Both the position numbers and the translations under genes were made by a program. The notes below the pieces were generated by a model. That model made no database searches and had not been told where the DNA came from. It saw only the letters and a list, made by a program, of their open reading frames with translations. Shown in pieces: positions 14,771 through 27,106 of a DNA stretch of 64,000 nucleotides (positions within the stretch are counted from its first letter, which is position 1; each line of letters starts with the position of its first letter). The stretch comes from the human T2T-CHM13v2.0 reference genome, Homo sapiens. The stretch lies in NCBI RefSeq assembly GCF_009914755.1, contig NC_060931.1. The stretch is one strand, 5' to 3'.

Positions 14771-15461
14771 TAGCACAGTATTACTTTTGTAAACATACAC
14801 AAAAAATATTATATATTTGCCAAACGTATGTACTAATCTAAAACCAAACACATTAGACTAGGTACATGTGGAGAAAGAGATACAGGTGTTCCCTAGCAAG
14901 TTAATATGCTTGTGTCTCTTCAAACCAATATATTGGCATATTTATCTAATATTTAATCAGAAGAAAGAAGGAACAGAAAGACCCAGGAAGCCTACTGTTA
15001 GTAGAGGTCAGCCTCATCTTTTCTCTCTGATTCAAGAAATTCATACTCAACTCAGTCAAACAGAGGTCCTGCATTTACCTCTTGGTGCCGGAGAGCCTTG
15101 GTGAGCCATTTAGATCCTCTGTATCTTCTCAAGCACAATCCTCAGTGTTCTCATCTCGTCTTAGATAGCTCATCAAATAATATTTCCCACCACTTATTTC
15201 TAGCAGTTCTGGTAAAGAGAATGGCCTTCACATTGTATTTTGAACAATGTTTTGGCCTCCAGTAATGATTAGGAACACACTATAAACATAAAACATCAGT
15301 CCACTTAACTCATTATTCAGTCATCAAGCAATTCTTGTCCCAATCATTCTCCAAAGCTATATACTGTGAATTTATACTGTTGTGTAGTGACACAAGCCCT
15401 TCTGCTGAAAAAGTAGGTAGATAATTACTTTGAACTGAAAGAAAACACTTATTTTATTTTC

Positions 15462-15560
15462 TTTTAAACCTAATTTATTTTAAACCTAATTTATTTATTT
15501 TAAACCTAATTTATTTTAAACCTAATTTATTTATTTTAAACATTTATTTTAAACCTAATT
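15462..15560. repeat. AT-rich minisatellite, about 6 copies of TTTTAAACCTAATTTA(TTTA)
   Basis: Directly visible tandem units of 16 and 20 bp plus one shortened unit. Confidence 0.85.
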
Positions 15561-15729
15561 CATTTGAACTGAACTTGAATTTAAAAGCCTACAAATGCCC
15601 CGCATATGTAGAATTATCATTCATTCCGTGTTCTTGCTCTTGGATAAAACGGACAACTCAGAGAAAAAACTGGCTTATAAATGCACTTCACAAAAACTGT
15701 TAGAAAAGTAGCCATTAAACCTGTAAAAA

Positions 15730-16022
15730 GGCCGGGCGCAGTGGCTGACGCCTGTAATCCCAGCACTTTGAAAGGCCAAGGCGGTTGGATCACGAGGCCA
15801 GGAGTCCGAGACCAGCCTGACCAACATAGTGAAACCCCGTCTCTACTAAAAATACAAAAAATTAGCTGGGCGTAGTGGCGGGCGCCTGTAATCCTAGCTA
15901 CTCGGGAGGCTGAGGCAGGAGAATCGCTTGAACCCGGGAGGCGGAGGTTGGAGCGAAAGTACGCGCCACTGTACTCCAGCCTGCGTGACGATGAGAGTCT
16001 CCGTCTCGGGGGAAGAAAAAAA
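15730..16022 (+). mobile_element. Alu element
   Basis: Dimeric Alu with TSD aaacctgtaaaaag. Confidence 0.93.
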
Positions 16023-16294
16023 AAACCTGTAAAAAGTGGCTCAACTTTAATATTCATTAGGAAATGACTAAAATCAAATATTTTACTTGGTAATGCCAAG
16101 TAAAAATACAGGAGAGGATATAGTGAAACTGGAGCTTACATCCACTACTTGGGAAGTATAAATTGATACAATGGGTTTGAACGGTTTTTGTATTTTCTAC
16201 TAAAATGAACATACACATATCCTATAATCCAGAAATCCCACTCCATGGTGTGTACCCAACAAAAATGCATACATGTGTGTACTAAAGGATATAA

Positions 16295-16298
<4 letters not shown>

Positions 16299-16327
<29 letters not shown>

Positions 16328-16598
16328 GAGATAGGTTCTCACTCTGTTGCCCAGGCTGGAGTACAGTAGCGATCTCTGCTCACTGCAATCTCTGCCTCCT
16401 GGGTTCAAGCAATCCTCCCACCTCAGTCTCCCCAGGAGCTGGGACTCTAGGTGCGTGCCACCACGCCCAGCTAATTCTTTGTAGAGATGGGGTTTTGCCA
16501 TGTTGTCCAGGCTGGTCTTGAACTCCTAGACTCAGGAAATCCACCTGCCTTGGCCTCCCAATATGCTGGGATTACAGGCATGAGCCACCGCATCTGGA
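16299..16598 (-). mobile_element. AluJ-like element
   Basis: Reverse Alu with long poly-T and caatcctcccacctca (J-type). Confidence 0.9.
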
Positions 16599-16621
16599 CA
16601 CGAATTTTTAAGTTTTATATA

Positions 16622-16671
<50 letters not shown>

Positions 16672-17994
16672 TTGCATTGGCAAAAAAACAAAGATATTGT
16701 TTAGCAATTTCCTTGTATAATGCAATCAGTGGAAGACAAATCAGAGGTATTATTTTCCCTTGGGCCTTTGCAGCCTGTGTTGTTTTTCTCTTTTTCATAT
16801 TGATGTGAAAAGCAGCCAAGTATTATTTGACAACATCAGTCCCTTATTAAGATGTTATTTCTAGTTTATAATTGACTATGGCATTTGCATGCATTTCATC
16901 ATGTCTCCATTTCTTCGGAATGATAATTTCTAATATACTTTTCTTCTATTATAGGAATAAGAATTCAGTAGTCATATTTCCTGTTGCCTATAAAAAATTG
17001 ATGCTTTAATTTAGTTAACATGACAAACTCCATCTTATTTAGAGAGATTATTTTTGATGTTATTATAATAAAAATGACACCTTTACTAAAAATGTCTCAT
17101 CATAAATTGTTTTCCATTATTTCTGTGCTGATTGCAAACAATACTGAATTAAAATATCCCTGCAAGTTCACTGTGACTCAATCTAAGGTTTTAATAATTC
17201 ATGAAATAAAACTAATGTTGATGTTATCCAAATCATTCTAACGCCAACTTCTAGGTAAACAGTAAACAAGAATAAGCAAATTTGAGTTTTCCTAATTATT
17301 TGACATTGTCATTAGCTTGTGATCCTTAGATGGAATATATTTTGCCAGATCTCACCTCCCGGGGAACTGATGAGCTTTAACTGGAATAGTAGTGAGAATG
17401 ATAGAGCAGGGCCCTTAACTCCTTAGAAAGGTCAAAGGAAGAGGTGAATGTGGGCAGGGTTTCACTGGAGTATTGACACACCAAAGATGCTATGTAGGTG
17501 AAAATCTCTCCTAATGCATTCCCTTTCCAACGAACCTGAGCCTGGATTCTTCAGTAACACAATGCCTTCTGAGAAACAATGTTGTTCCACATTTTAGAGT
17601 TTTGGCATGCATAATGGAGTTTATGGCAGAGTTCAGAGGATACAATGAAACAAGAAAGGGAGGCAACTGATGTTGTTTGATTATCTCCATTATTTTGAAG
17701 GAGCCAGGTGCTTGGGGAACCTGGTTGTACAGAAAGGTGATGCCAAGACTCTCTTGTATGATTTTCCTCTCTAGCTTGGGGCTGCACCCTCTGCTGTGGG
17801 AAGGAGTCCTCAAGGTATTAATATACATCCTATCATTTATTTTAGATACAGATAGCATTAGAGTTTATCAGTAAAGTTGGGCAACTCATGGAATATTACG
17901 AGTAGAAATTGTAATTACTGTAGAATGTATAGTGTTTTGAATGGCTATTGTATTTTTCAGCATACAAATTCAGAGGGGTGAAAGTAGGCAATGA

Positions 17995-18329
<335 letters not shown>

Positions 18330-18862
18330 CCTATTTATGTTTTTTAAAAGCACCATTTACCACCCATTTGTCTATGGACTTAATCTATGTCTCTATGAGC
18401 TGGTAAACAATAGACAGGTAAATACAGACTTGGCTGTATTTGAACAGCACCTTCAAAAACCAGAAGCCAGAAATCAGGTAGCTAGATTTGTCCATGAAAG
18501 CAGGAGATTCCCTTAACTGGTGATGCCTGAAGTTGGGATAAAGAGTCTTCCAAACATGTGCCATTTTGGCATGGATATCTAAAGCCACCATGATGGCTTT
18601 ATATTAATGAAGGAAATAAGTTGCAGGATAAGTATATCCATGGTCATCCAGGGGAAGAAAATGGCGTACATAACTTATATACCATATTTAACCCAGAGAC
18701 AGATATCACAGGTAAACAGTGCAAATCACTGTCCCTAGTCTGAGCCATATTTAGTGTCTTGAAAGAGCCACAGTGGCTGGCTAAAATGGCACAGTGGCAA
18801 ATCCTGACCATGGACTGCCCTATGCAAAATAACTAGCTCCCCACTTTACACAGAGTACACCA

Positions 18863-19295
18863 TGTCAGGCCTCTGAGCCCAAGCTAAGCCATCATATCCC
18901 CTGTGACCTGCACATATACATCCAGATGGCCTGAAGCAATTGAAGATCTACAAAAGAAGTGAAAATTACCTTAACTGATGACATTCCACCATTGTGATGT
19001 GTTTCTGCCCCATCCTAACTGATCAATGTACTTTGTAATCTCCCCCACCCTTAAGAAGGTTCTTTGTAATTCTTCCCACCCTTGAGAATGTACTTTGTGA
19101 GATCCACCCCCTGCCAGCAAAACATTGCTCCTGACTCCACCGCCTATCCCAAAACCTATAAGAACTAATGATAATCCCACCACCCTTTGCTGACTCTCTT
19201 TTCGGACTCAGCCCGCCTGCACCCAGGTGAAATAAACAGCCTTGTTGCTAACCCAAAGCCTGTTTGGTGGTCTCTTTACATGGACACGTGTGACA
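18863..19295 (+). promoter_or_regulatory. HERV-H 5' LTR (LTR7 family)
   Basis: TGTCAGGCCTCTGAGCCCAAGC start, TATAA at 19157, AATAAA at 19231, SOX-like CCATTGTG at 18989. 433 bp. Confidence 0.93.
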
Positions 19296-19624
19296 TTTGG
19301 TGCCTAAGACCCGGGTCAGAGGGACTCCTTCAGGAGACCAGTCCCCTGTCCTCACCCTCACTCCGTGAAAAGATCCACCTACGACCTCAGGTCCTCAGAC
19401 CAACCAGCCCAAGGAACATCTCACCAATTTCAAATTGGGTAAGCAGTCTTTTCACTCTCTCCTCCAGCCTCTCTCACTACCCTTCAATCCCCCTGTCCCT
19501 CTAATTCCAGTTCTTTTTCCTCTCTAGCAGAGACAAAGGAGACACATTTTATCCGTGGACCCAAAACTCTGGCGCCAGTCACAGACTCGGGAAGACAGTC
19601 TTCCCTTGGTGTTTAATCCTGGTG

Positions 19625-19815
19625 GGGATGCCTGCCTGATGATTCACCCACATTCCATTGGTGTCTGATCACCGCAGGGGTGCCTGTTTTGGTCATTCAC
19701 CCACACTCTATTGGTGTCTGATCACCGCAGGGATGCCTGTTTTGGTCATTCACCCACATTCCGTTGGTGGAAAGTCAATTGCGAGGACGCCTGCTTTGGC
19801 TGCTCACCCACATTG
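19625..19815 (+). repeat. ~54-bp tandem repeats in HERV-H leader (pre-gag)
   Basis: Three to four copies of tgcctg.tttggtcattcacccaca..c.attggtgtctgatcaccgcaggg. Confidence 0.85.
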
Positions 19816-19879
19816 CAGCCCAGGGCTGCTCCCCACCCCCCTTCTCCATGTCTCTACCTTTCTCTTTAAACTTACCTCC

Positions 19880-21110
19880 TTCACTATGGGCAAGTTTCCA
19901 CCCTCCATTCCCCCATCTTCTCCCTTAGCCTGTGTTCTTAAAAACGTAAAACCCCTTCGACTCACACCTGACCTAAAACCTAAATGCCTTATTTTCTTCT
20001 GCAATACCGCTTGGCCCCAATACAAACTCGACAATAGTTCCAAGTAGCCAGAAAACAGCACTTTTGATTTCTCCATTTTACAAGACCTAGATGATTTTTG
20101 TCAAAAAAATGGGCAAATGGTCTGAGATGCCTGATGTCCAGGCATTCTTTTACACATCAGTCCCTCCCTAGTCTCTGCTCCCAATGCGACTCATCCCAAA
20201 TCTTTCTTCTTTCTCTCCTGTCTGTTCCTTCAGTCTCCACCCCCAAGTTCTGAGTCCTTTGAATCCTCCTTTTCTACGGACTCATCTGACCTCTCCCCTC
20301 CTCCCCAGGCTGCTCCTGGCCAGGCTGAGCCAGGTCCCAATTCTTCCTCAGCCTCTGATCCCCCACCCTATAATCCTTTTATCACCTCCCCTCCTCACAC
20401 CGTGTCCAGCTTACAGTCTCTTTCCACGACTAGACCTCCCCCACCTGCCAACAATTTCCTCTTAAAAAGGTGGCTGGAGCTAAAGGCATAGTCAAGGTTA
20501 ATGCTCCTTTTTCTTTATCTGACCTCTCCCAAATCAGTTAGAATTTAGGCTCTTTTTCATCAAATTTAAAAACCCAGCCAGTCCGTGGCCCATTTGGCAA
20601 CAACCCTTAGACGCTCTACCACCCTAGACCCATAGGGGCCATATGTCTTAATATACATTTTATTACCCAACCCACTCCTGACTTTAAAAAAAGCTCCAGA
20701 AATTAGATTCTAGCCCTCAAACCCCACAACAGGACTTAATTAACCTCGCCTTCAAGGTAGAGGCAGCCAAGTAGAAATGTATTTCTGAGTTGCAATTCCT
20801 TGCCTCCACTGTGAGATAAACCCCAGCCACATTCCAGCACACAAGAACTCCAAATGCCTGATCCACAGCTGCCAGGGGTTCCTCCAGGACCTCCTTCCCC
20901 AGGAGCTTGCTTCAAGTGCCAGAAATCTGGCCACTGGGCCAAGGAATTCCCGCAGCCCGGGATTCCTCCTAAGTCGTGTCCCATCTGTGCGGGACCCCAC
21001 TGGAAATCAGACTGTCCGACCTGGCAGCCACTCCCAGAGGCCCTGGAACTCTGGGCCAAAGCTCTGTGACTGACTCCTTCCCAGATCTTCTCGGCTTAGT
21101 GGCTGAAGAC
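19880..21110 (+). pseudogene. gag: HERV-H gag remnant
   Basis: MGKFPPSIPPSSPLACVLKN...KCLIFFCNTAWPQYKLDN matrix-like start; nucleocapsid knuckles CFKCQKSGHWAKEF and CPICAGPHWKSDC; multiple stops. Confidence 0.85.
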
Positions 21111-21153
21111 TGACACTGCCCGATCGCCTCGGAAGCCTACAGGACCATCACAG

Positions 21154-21534
21154 ATGCTTTGGATAACTCTTACTGTGGAGGGTAAGTCCGTCTCCTTGTT
21201 AATCAATACGGAGGCTACCCACTCCACATTACCTTCTTTTCAAGGGCGTGTTTCCCTTGCCCCAATAACTGTTGTGGGTATTGATGGCCAGGCATCTAAA
21301 CCTCTTAAAACTCCCCAACTCTGGTGCCAACTTGGACAACATTCTTTTATGCACTCTTTTTTAGTTATCCCCACCTGCCCAGCTCCCTTATTAGGTCAAG
21401 CCACTTTAACCAAATTATCTGCTTCCCTGACTATTCCTGGGCTACAGCCACACCTCATTACCACCCTTTTCCCCAGTTCAAAGCCTCTTTTGCATCCTCT
21501 CCTTGTATCTCCACACCTTAATCCGCAAGTATAG
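21154..21534 (+). pseudogene. pro: HERV-H protease remnant with inactive catalytic motif
   Basis: LTVEGKSVSLLINTEATHSTL (DTGA changed to NTEA) ... PTCPAPLLG. Confidence 0.85.
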
Positions 21535-23420
21535 GACACCTCTACTCCCTCCTTGGAGACCGATCATGCACCCCTTACCATCCCATTAAAACCTAATCAC
21601 CCTTACTCTGCCACACTTTAAAAAGATTAAAGCCCATTATCACTCACCTGTTACAGCATGGCTTTTTAAAGCCTATAAACTCTCCTTACAATTCCCAATT
21701 TTACCTGTCCAAAAACATTCAGACAGGTCTTACAGGTTAGTTCAAGATCTGCACTTTATCAACCAGAGTTGTTTTGCCTATCCACCCTGTGGTGCCCAAC
21801 CTGTACACTCTTTTGTCCTCAATACCTTCCTTCACAACTCACTATTCCGTTCTTGATCTTAAAGATGCTTTTTCACTATTCCCCTATACCCCTCATCCCA
21901 GCCTCTCTTTGCTTTTACCTGGACTGACCCTGACACCCATCAGTCCCAGCAGCTTACCTGGGCTGTACTGCCACAAGGCTTCAGGGACAGCCCTCATTAC
22001 TTCAGCCAAGCTCTTTCTCATGATTGACTTTCTTTCCACCCCTCCACTTCTCACCTTATTCAATATATGCATGACCTTCTATTTTGTAGCCCCTCCTTTG
22101 AATCTTCTCAACAAGACACCCTCCTCCTCCTTCAACATTTATTCTCCAAGGGATATCAGGTATCAGCCTCCAAAGCTCAAATTTCTTCTCCATCCGTTAC
22201 CTACCTCAGCGTAGTTCTTCATAAAAACACACACGCCTTCCTTGCCGATCATGTCCGACTGATCTCTCAAACCCCAACCCCTTCTACAAAACAGCTCCTT
22301 TCATTCCTGGGCATGGTTGGATACTTTCATCTTTAGATACTTGGTTTTGCCAACCTAATAAAACCATTATATAAATTCACAAAAGGAAACCTAGCTGATC
22401 CCATATATCCTAAATCCTTTCCCCATTCCTCTTTCTGTTCCTTGAAGACAGCTTTAGAGAGTGCTCCCTCACTAGATCTCCCTAACTCATTCCAAACCTT
22501 TTTCATTGCACACAGCTAAAGTGCAGGGCTGTGCAGTCAAAATTCTTTCACAACAGCCAGACCATGCTCTGCAGCCTTTTTGTCCAAACAACTTAACCTT
22601 ACTGTTTTAGGCTTGCCCCCATCCCCATGACTGTCTCTCTCTGATCCACCTGACATTCACTCCATTTCCCTGTATTTCCTTCTTTCCTGTTCCTCACCCT
22701 GATCACACTTGGTTTATTGATGGCAGTTCCACCAGGCCTAATCACCACACACCAGCAAAGGCAGGCTGTGCTATAGTATCTTCCACATCTATCATTGAGG
22801 CTACCACTCTGCCCCCCTCCACTACCTCTCAGCAAGCCAAATACATTGCCTTAACTCAAGCCCTCTCTCTTGCAAAAGGACTACGCATCAATATTTATAC
22901 TGACTCTAAATATGCCTTCCATATCCTGCACCACCATGTTGTTATATGGGCAAAGACAAATTTCCTCGCTATGCAAGAGTCCTCCACCATTAATGCCTCT
23001 TTAATAAAAACTCTTCTTAAAACCGCTTTACTTCCAAAGGAAGCTGGAGTCGTTCACTGCAAGGGCCATCAAAAGGCATCAGGTCACATGGCTCAGGGCA
23101 ACGTTTATGCTGATAAGGTAGCTAAAGAAGCAGCTAGCTTTCCAATTTCTGTCCCTCATGGCATGGCCAGTTTTTCTCCTTCTCATTGGTCACTCCTATT
23201 TACTCTCCAAATGAAGTTTCCACCTATCAATCCCTCTCCACTCAAGGCAGATGGTTCTTAGACCAAAAAAAAAAATAAATAAATAAAATCTCCTTCCAGC
23301 CTCACAGGCCCATTCTATTCTGTCATCATTTCATAACCTCTTCCATGTAGGTTACAAGCCATTAGCCTGCCTCTTAAAACCTCTCATTTCCTTTCCATTG
23401 TGAAAATCTATCCACCATCC
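21535..23420 (+). pseudogene. pol: HERV-H pol remnant (RT, RNase H, start of integrase), frameshifted and deleted
   Basis: HYSVLDLKDAF, QYMHDLL (degenerate YxDD), LLSFLGMVGYF, WFIDGSS, NIYTDSKYAF, VVHCKGHQK. Confidence 0.85.
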
Positions 23421-23599
23421 GCCACTCTTGACTCCCTCTTAGAGTGGATAGATGATCTTTGCTGACAGGGCACACTCCAATACTTTCGCCCTGATGAAGC
23501 CCTACTCTTTACTTTTATACTCACTCTTATTCTCGTTCCCATTCTTATGCCACCCTCTATCTCTCCCCAGCTGTCTCCACCACACTATCAATCTCATTC

Positions 23600-24050
23600 T
23601 CTCTCCTAGCCGTTTCTAATCCTTCTTTAACAAACAGTTGCTGGCTTTGCATTTCTCTTTCCTCCAAAATTGCCGAGGCCTCAATTTACTCACTGCTGAA
23701 AAAGGAGGACTCTATATTTTTAAATGAAGAGTGTTGTTTTTACCTAAATCAATCTGCCCTGGTATATGACAACATAAAAAAACTCAAGGATAGAGCCCAA
23801 AATTTCACCAACCAAGCAAACAATAACGTTGAATCCACTTGGACACTAATTGGACATCCTGGGTACTACCAACTCTTAGTCCTTTAATACCTATTTTTCT
23901 CCTCTTTTATTCGGACCTTGTGTCTTTCATTTAGTTTCTCAAGTCATACAAAACCACATCCAGGCCATCACCAATCATTCTATACAACAAGTGCTCCTTC
24001 TAACAACCCCACAATATCACCCCTTACCACAAAATTTTCCTTCAGCCTAA
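23600..24050 (+). pseudogene. env: HERV-H env transmembrane remnant
   Basis: ctcactgctgaaaaaggaggactc (LTAEKGGL, immunosuppressive-domain region) and gaagagtgttgtttttacctaaatcaatc (EECCFYLNQS). Confidence 0.8.
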
Positions 24051-24204
24051 TCTCTCCCACTCTGGGTTCCCACACCGCCCCTTGAAGCAGCCCTGAGAAA
24101 CGTCACCCATTATCTCTCCATACCAATCCCCCCAAAATTTTCGCTGCTTCAACACTTCACCACTATTTTGTTTTGCTTTTCTTATTAATATAAGAAGACA
24201 AGAA

Positions 24205-24669
24205 TGTCAGGCCTTTGAGCCCAAGCTAAGCCATCATATCCCCTGTGACCTGCACATATACATCCAGATGGCCTGAAGCAATTGAAGATCCACAAAAGAA
24301 GTGAAAATAGCCTTAACTGATGACATTCCACCATTGTGATGTGTTTCTGCCCCATACTAACTGGTCAATGTACTTTGTAATCTCCCCCACCCTTAAGAAG
24401 TTTCTTTGTAATCTCCCCCACTCTTAGGAAGGTTCTTTGTAATTCTTCCCACCCTTGAGAATGTACTTTGTGAGATCCACTCCCTGCCTGCAAAACATTG
24501 CTCCTAACTCCACCGCCTATCCCAAAACCTATAAGAACTGATGATAATCCCATCACCCTTTGCTGACTCTCTTTTCAGACTCAGGCTGCCTGCACCCAGG
24601 TGAAATAAACAGCCTTGTTGCTCCCACAAATCCTGTTTGGTGGTCTTCTTCACACGGACATGCATGACA
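24205..24669 (+). promoter_or_regulatory. HERV-H 3' LTR (LTR7 family)
   Basis: 465 bp, about 95% identical to the 5' LTR by eye, with one extra 31-bp U3 repeat. AATAAA at 24604. Confidence 0.93.
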
Positions 24670-24952
24670 CACCACATGTGGCCTTGGAGTTTTCAGTTAT
24701 GTAGATTGTTGCATATGGGTATTTGATGCTCATGCTGGCTTCACTCATTGATATCAAATGAAAATTAACAAAATCAAAACGTCAGAGCAGAGATATTGTC
24801 ATGTTTGGGCCTCATCTTTTACTCTCTGGTAAATTGCCCATGGGGCTATAACCCAGAGCAAGCCTTCCCCCAGATCTTCTGTTCTTTCCTGAAGCTGCTC
24901 ATTTTTCTAACGTTTTTCTTCATTCATATCCCAACCTCATTATCCTAGGCTT

Positions 24953-25674
24953 TGTCGATGAAAAGAGTTAAACTCTTTAAAATATATGAAGAGATTTATT
25001 CTGAGCCAAATATGAGTGATGATGGCCCGTGACACAGCCCTCGAGAAGTCCTGAGAACATGTGCCCAAGGTGGTCCCAGAGCAGCTTAGTTGTATACATT
25101 TTTAGAGAGGCATGAGACATCAATCAAATACATTTAAGAAATACATTGGTTTGGTCCAGTAAGGTGGAACAACTCAAAGCGGCGGGGCTTCCTGGCTATC
25201 GGTGAATTTAAATCTTTTCTGGTTGACAATTGGTTGAGTTTGTCTAAAGACCTGGAATTGATAGAAAGGGAATGTTCAAGTTAAGATAAAGATCGTGGAG
25301 ACCAAAGTTCTTCTGAAGTGGCTGCCCTTAGAGACAATAGATGACAAATGTTTCCTATTCAGATATTAATCTCTTTAGGATTGGGAGGGTCTGGAAGAAA
25401 AAGATCTAGCTATGTTAATAGAGATTCTTTACAGACACAAATTTTCCCCCATAAAGAACAGCTTTGCAGTGCCATTTCAAAATATGGCAAAGAAACATGT
25501 TTTGGGGTAAAATATTTTGATTTTCTTCTTTGTCTCGTAATGTTATGCCAGAGTCAGGCTGGAAAGTAAATCATGGTATATAGGGTAAAATAAAACCCGT
25601 CTGAGGGCATGACTCCCCAGACCCCTTAGATAGGAATTTGGGCAAGATTAAAAAAAATCAGAGTTTAATCCTCA
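24953..25674 (-). mobile_element. MER4A-like ERV1 solo LTR
   Basis: TG...CA termini, TSD GCTT, and gaagagatttattctgagccaaatatgagtga...cctgagaacatgtgcccaaggtgg. Confidence 0.85.
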
Positions 25675-25845
25675 GCTTTCAGCTCAATTCTACCCTTCGA
25701 CATGATCAAGGACAAAACAACAATCAGAAGCTTGCTCAGCTGGCAAAGGCTGCTTGCCTCCTTAGAAGGTAGGGGGAGGGGGAGGACTGCAAATCTTGTA
25801 ATTTAATAATATTTACTTTATTGCTGTCATAATGATTATACATGC

Positions 25846-26265
25846 TGTATTATTTCCCCAGGAATGTCCTAACAAACTTGGTAGTCTAAAACAACAGAAA
25901 TTTATTCTGTCACAGTTCTGGAGGCCAGAAGTTCAAAATCAAGGTGTCTTTAGGACCATGCTCCCTACAAAGGCTCTAGGAGAGAGTTCTTCCTTGTTTC
26001 AGATTCTGGTGGTTCCAGGCATTCCTTGGTTTGTGGCATCATGACTCCAATCTCTGACTCCTTTATGTCCTTTTTCACTGTGTCTTCTCTTGTAAAGATA
26101 CTTGTGATTGGATTTAGGGTCCACTCAGTTAATCCAGGATGATCTTAGCTCAAAACTGTTAATTTAATCACATTGAAAAAATCCTTTTTTTAAATGAGGA
26201 CATATTTGGTTTTTGATAATGAGGACATGGACAAATCATTTTAGAGGCATAATTCAACCCATGCA
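25846..26265 (-). mobile_element. MLT1-type MaLR LTR
   Basis: aaacaacagaaatttattctgtcacagttctggaggccagaagttcaaaatcaaggtgtc. Confidence 0.8.
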
Positions 26266-26399
26266 CATGTTCGTTGTAAAAAAAAAAAAAACCCACATAA
26301 AATAGAATACACACATATACACAAGTCCCAAAAATACAACACTGCAAAGATCTAGGGGGTTCTCACTTTGTAAGAAATCATTGAGCTATATACATCCTT

Positions 26400-27106
<707 letters not shown>

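Larger units (their letters stand above)
18863..24669 (+). mobile_element. HERV-H provirus, 5.8-kb internally deleted type, both LTR7-type LTRs present
   Basis: LTRs at 18863-19295 and 24205-24669 (TG...CA), 5-bp TSD CACCA, PBS at 19298, polypurine tract aagaagacaagaa at 24192-24204, and disrupted gag-pro-pol-env remnants in order. Confidence 0.97.

Noticed and set aside
19625-19815. Regularly spaced repeats suggesting a CRISPR-like array
   Set aside because: Contiguous tandem units without unique spacers, inside the HERV-H leader of a eukaryotic genome, with no cas genes.
19880-24050. Functional retroviral proteins
   Set aside because: Many stops and frameshifts, protease DTG changed to NTE, RT YxDD changed to YMHD, and most of integrase and env missing.
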